Shown here: positions 63,720 through 64,000 of the stretch, piece by piece
How the letters are laid out: every line of letters starts with the position of its first letter
Numbering within the stretch: position 1 is the first letter of the stretch
Origin: Mobula hypostoma
Lineage: Eukaryota
Length of the DNA: 64,000 bases
Assembly: GCF_963921235.1 (NCBI RefSeq)
Contig: NC_086097.1
Coordinates: 251,970,001 to 252,034,000, forward strand
Direction of reading: 5' to 3'
The notes under the pieces: generated by a model
Seen by the model: the letters and a program-made list of their open reading frames with translations, nothing else
Told to the model about the DNA's origin: nothing
Database searches by the model: none
Program-made: the position numbers and the translations under genes

Positions 63720-64000
63720 TACTTTTTGCTTCTACGCTCACTTTACACCCCTCTATCTCTCTGCACTGGTTCCCATCCCTCTGTTGTGAACTAACCTCCT
63801 CACACCTAGCCTCTTTAATTTGATTCCCACCCCCCAACCATTCTAGTTTAGGGGCTACTGAGGTGACTTTAAACTAGAATGGTTGGGGGGTGGGAATCAA
63901 ATTAAAGAGGCTAGGTGTGAGGAGGTTAGTTCACAACAGAGGGATGGGAACCAGTGCAGAGAGACAGAGGGGTGTAAAGTGAGCGTAGAAGCAAAAAGTA
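63720..64000. repeat. Near-perfect inverted repeat of CR1-like sequence
   Basis: Arms 63720-63850 and 63870-64000 (131 bp, one mismatch at 63755), 19-nt spacer; truncated by the window end. Confidence 0.93.

Noticed and set aside
59063..64000. Next INTS8 exon (TNQYSAALHYYLQ-like)
   Set aside because: No matching coding segment with splice sites was found; it probably lies beyond the window.

Overview
Eukaryotic, repeat-dense genomic DNA. The repeat inventory (CR1, Rex1/Babar-type tails, V-SINEs, Penelope-like elements) suggests a cartilaginous fish, probably a ray; this is inference. The window lies inside one + strand gene, INTS8 (Integrator complex subunit 8). I traced 20 GT-AG coding exons (about exons 2-21 by analogy to human) that total 2406 nt (802 codons) with phases matching throughout. 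The first exon and the C-terminal exons fall outside the window. Almost all ORFs in the supplied track are repeat-derived or spurious. The most notable non-genic signal is a family of Penelope-like (PLE) insertions carrying a minimal type I hammerhead ribozyme (AGTC-CTGACGA-AGGG-tctcgg-CCC-GAAA-CGTC-GACT). About 15 copies are visible, one with an intact core. Several form TSD-flanked back-to-back inverted structures or tiny insertions whose 5' ends cluster at the ribozyme. Also present: a young 5'-truncated CR1 with an open 595-aa RT frame 51 nt from a splice acceptor, a CR1 tail that supplies the pyrimidine tract of exon 12, short non-autonomous LINE derivatives, and a near-perfect >=131-bp CR1 fold-back at the window end. 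Repeat family names and boundaries come from motif recognition by eye and are approximate.
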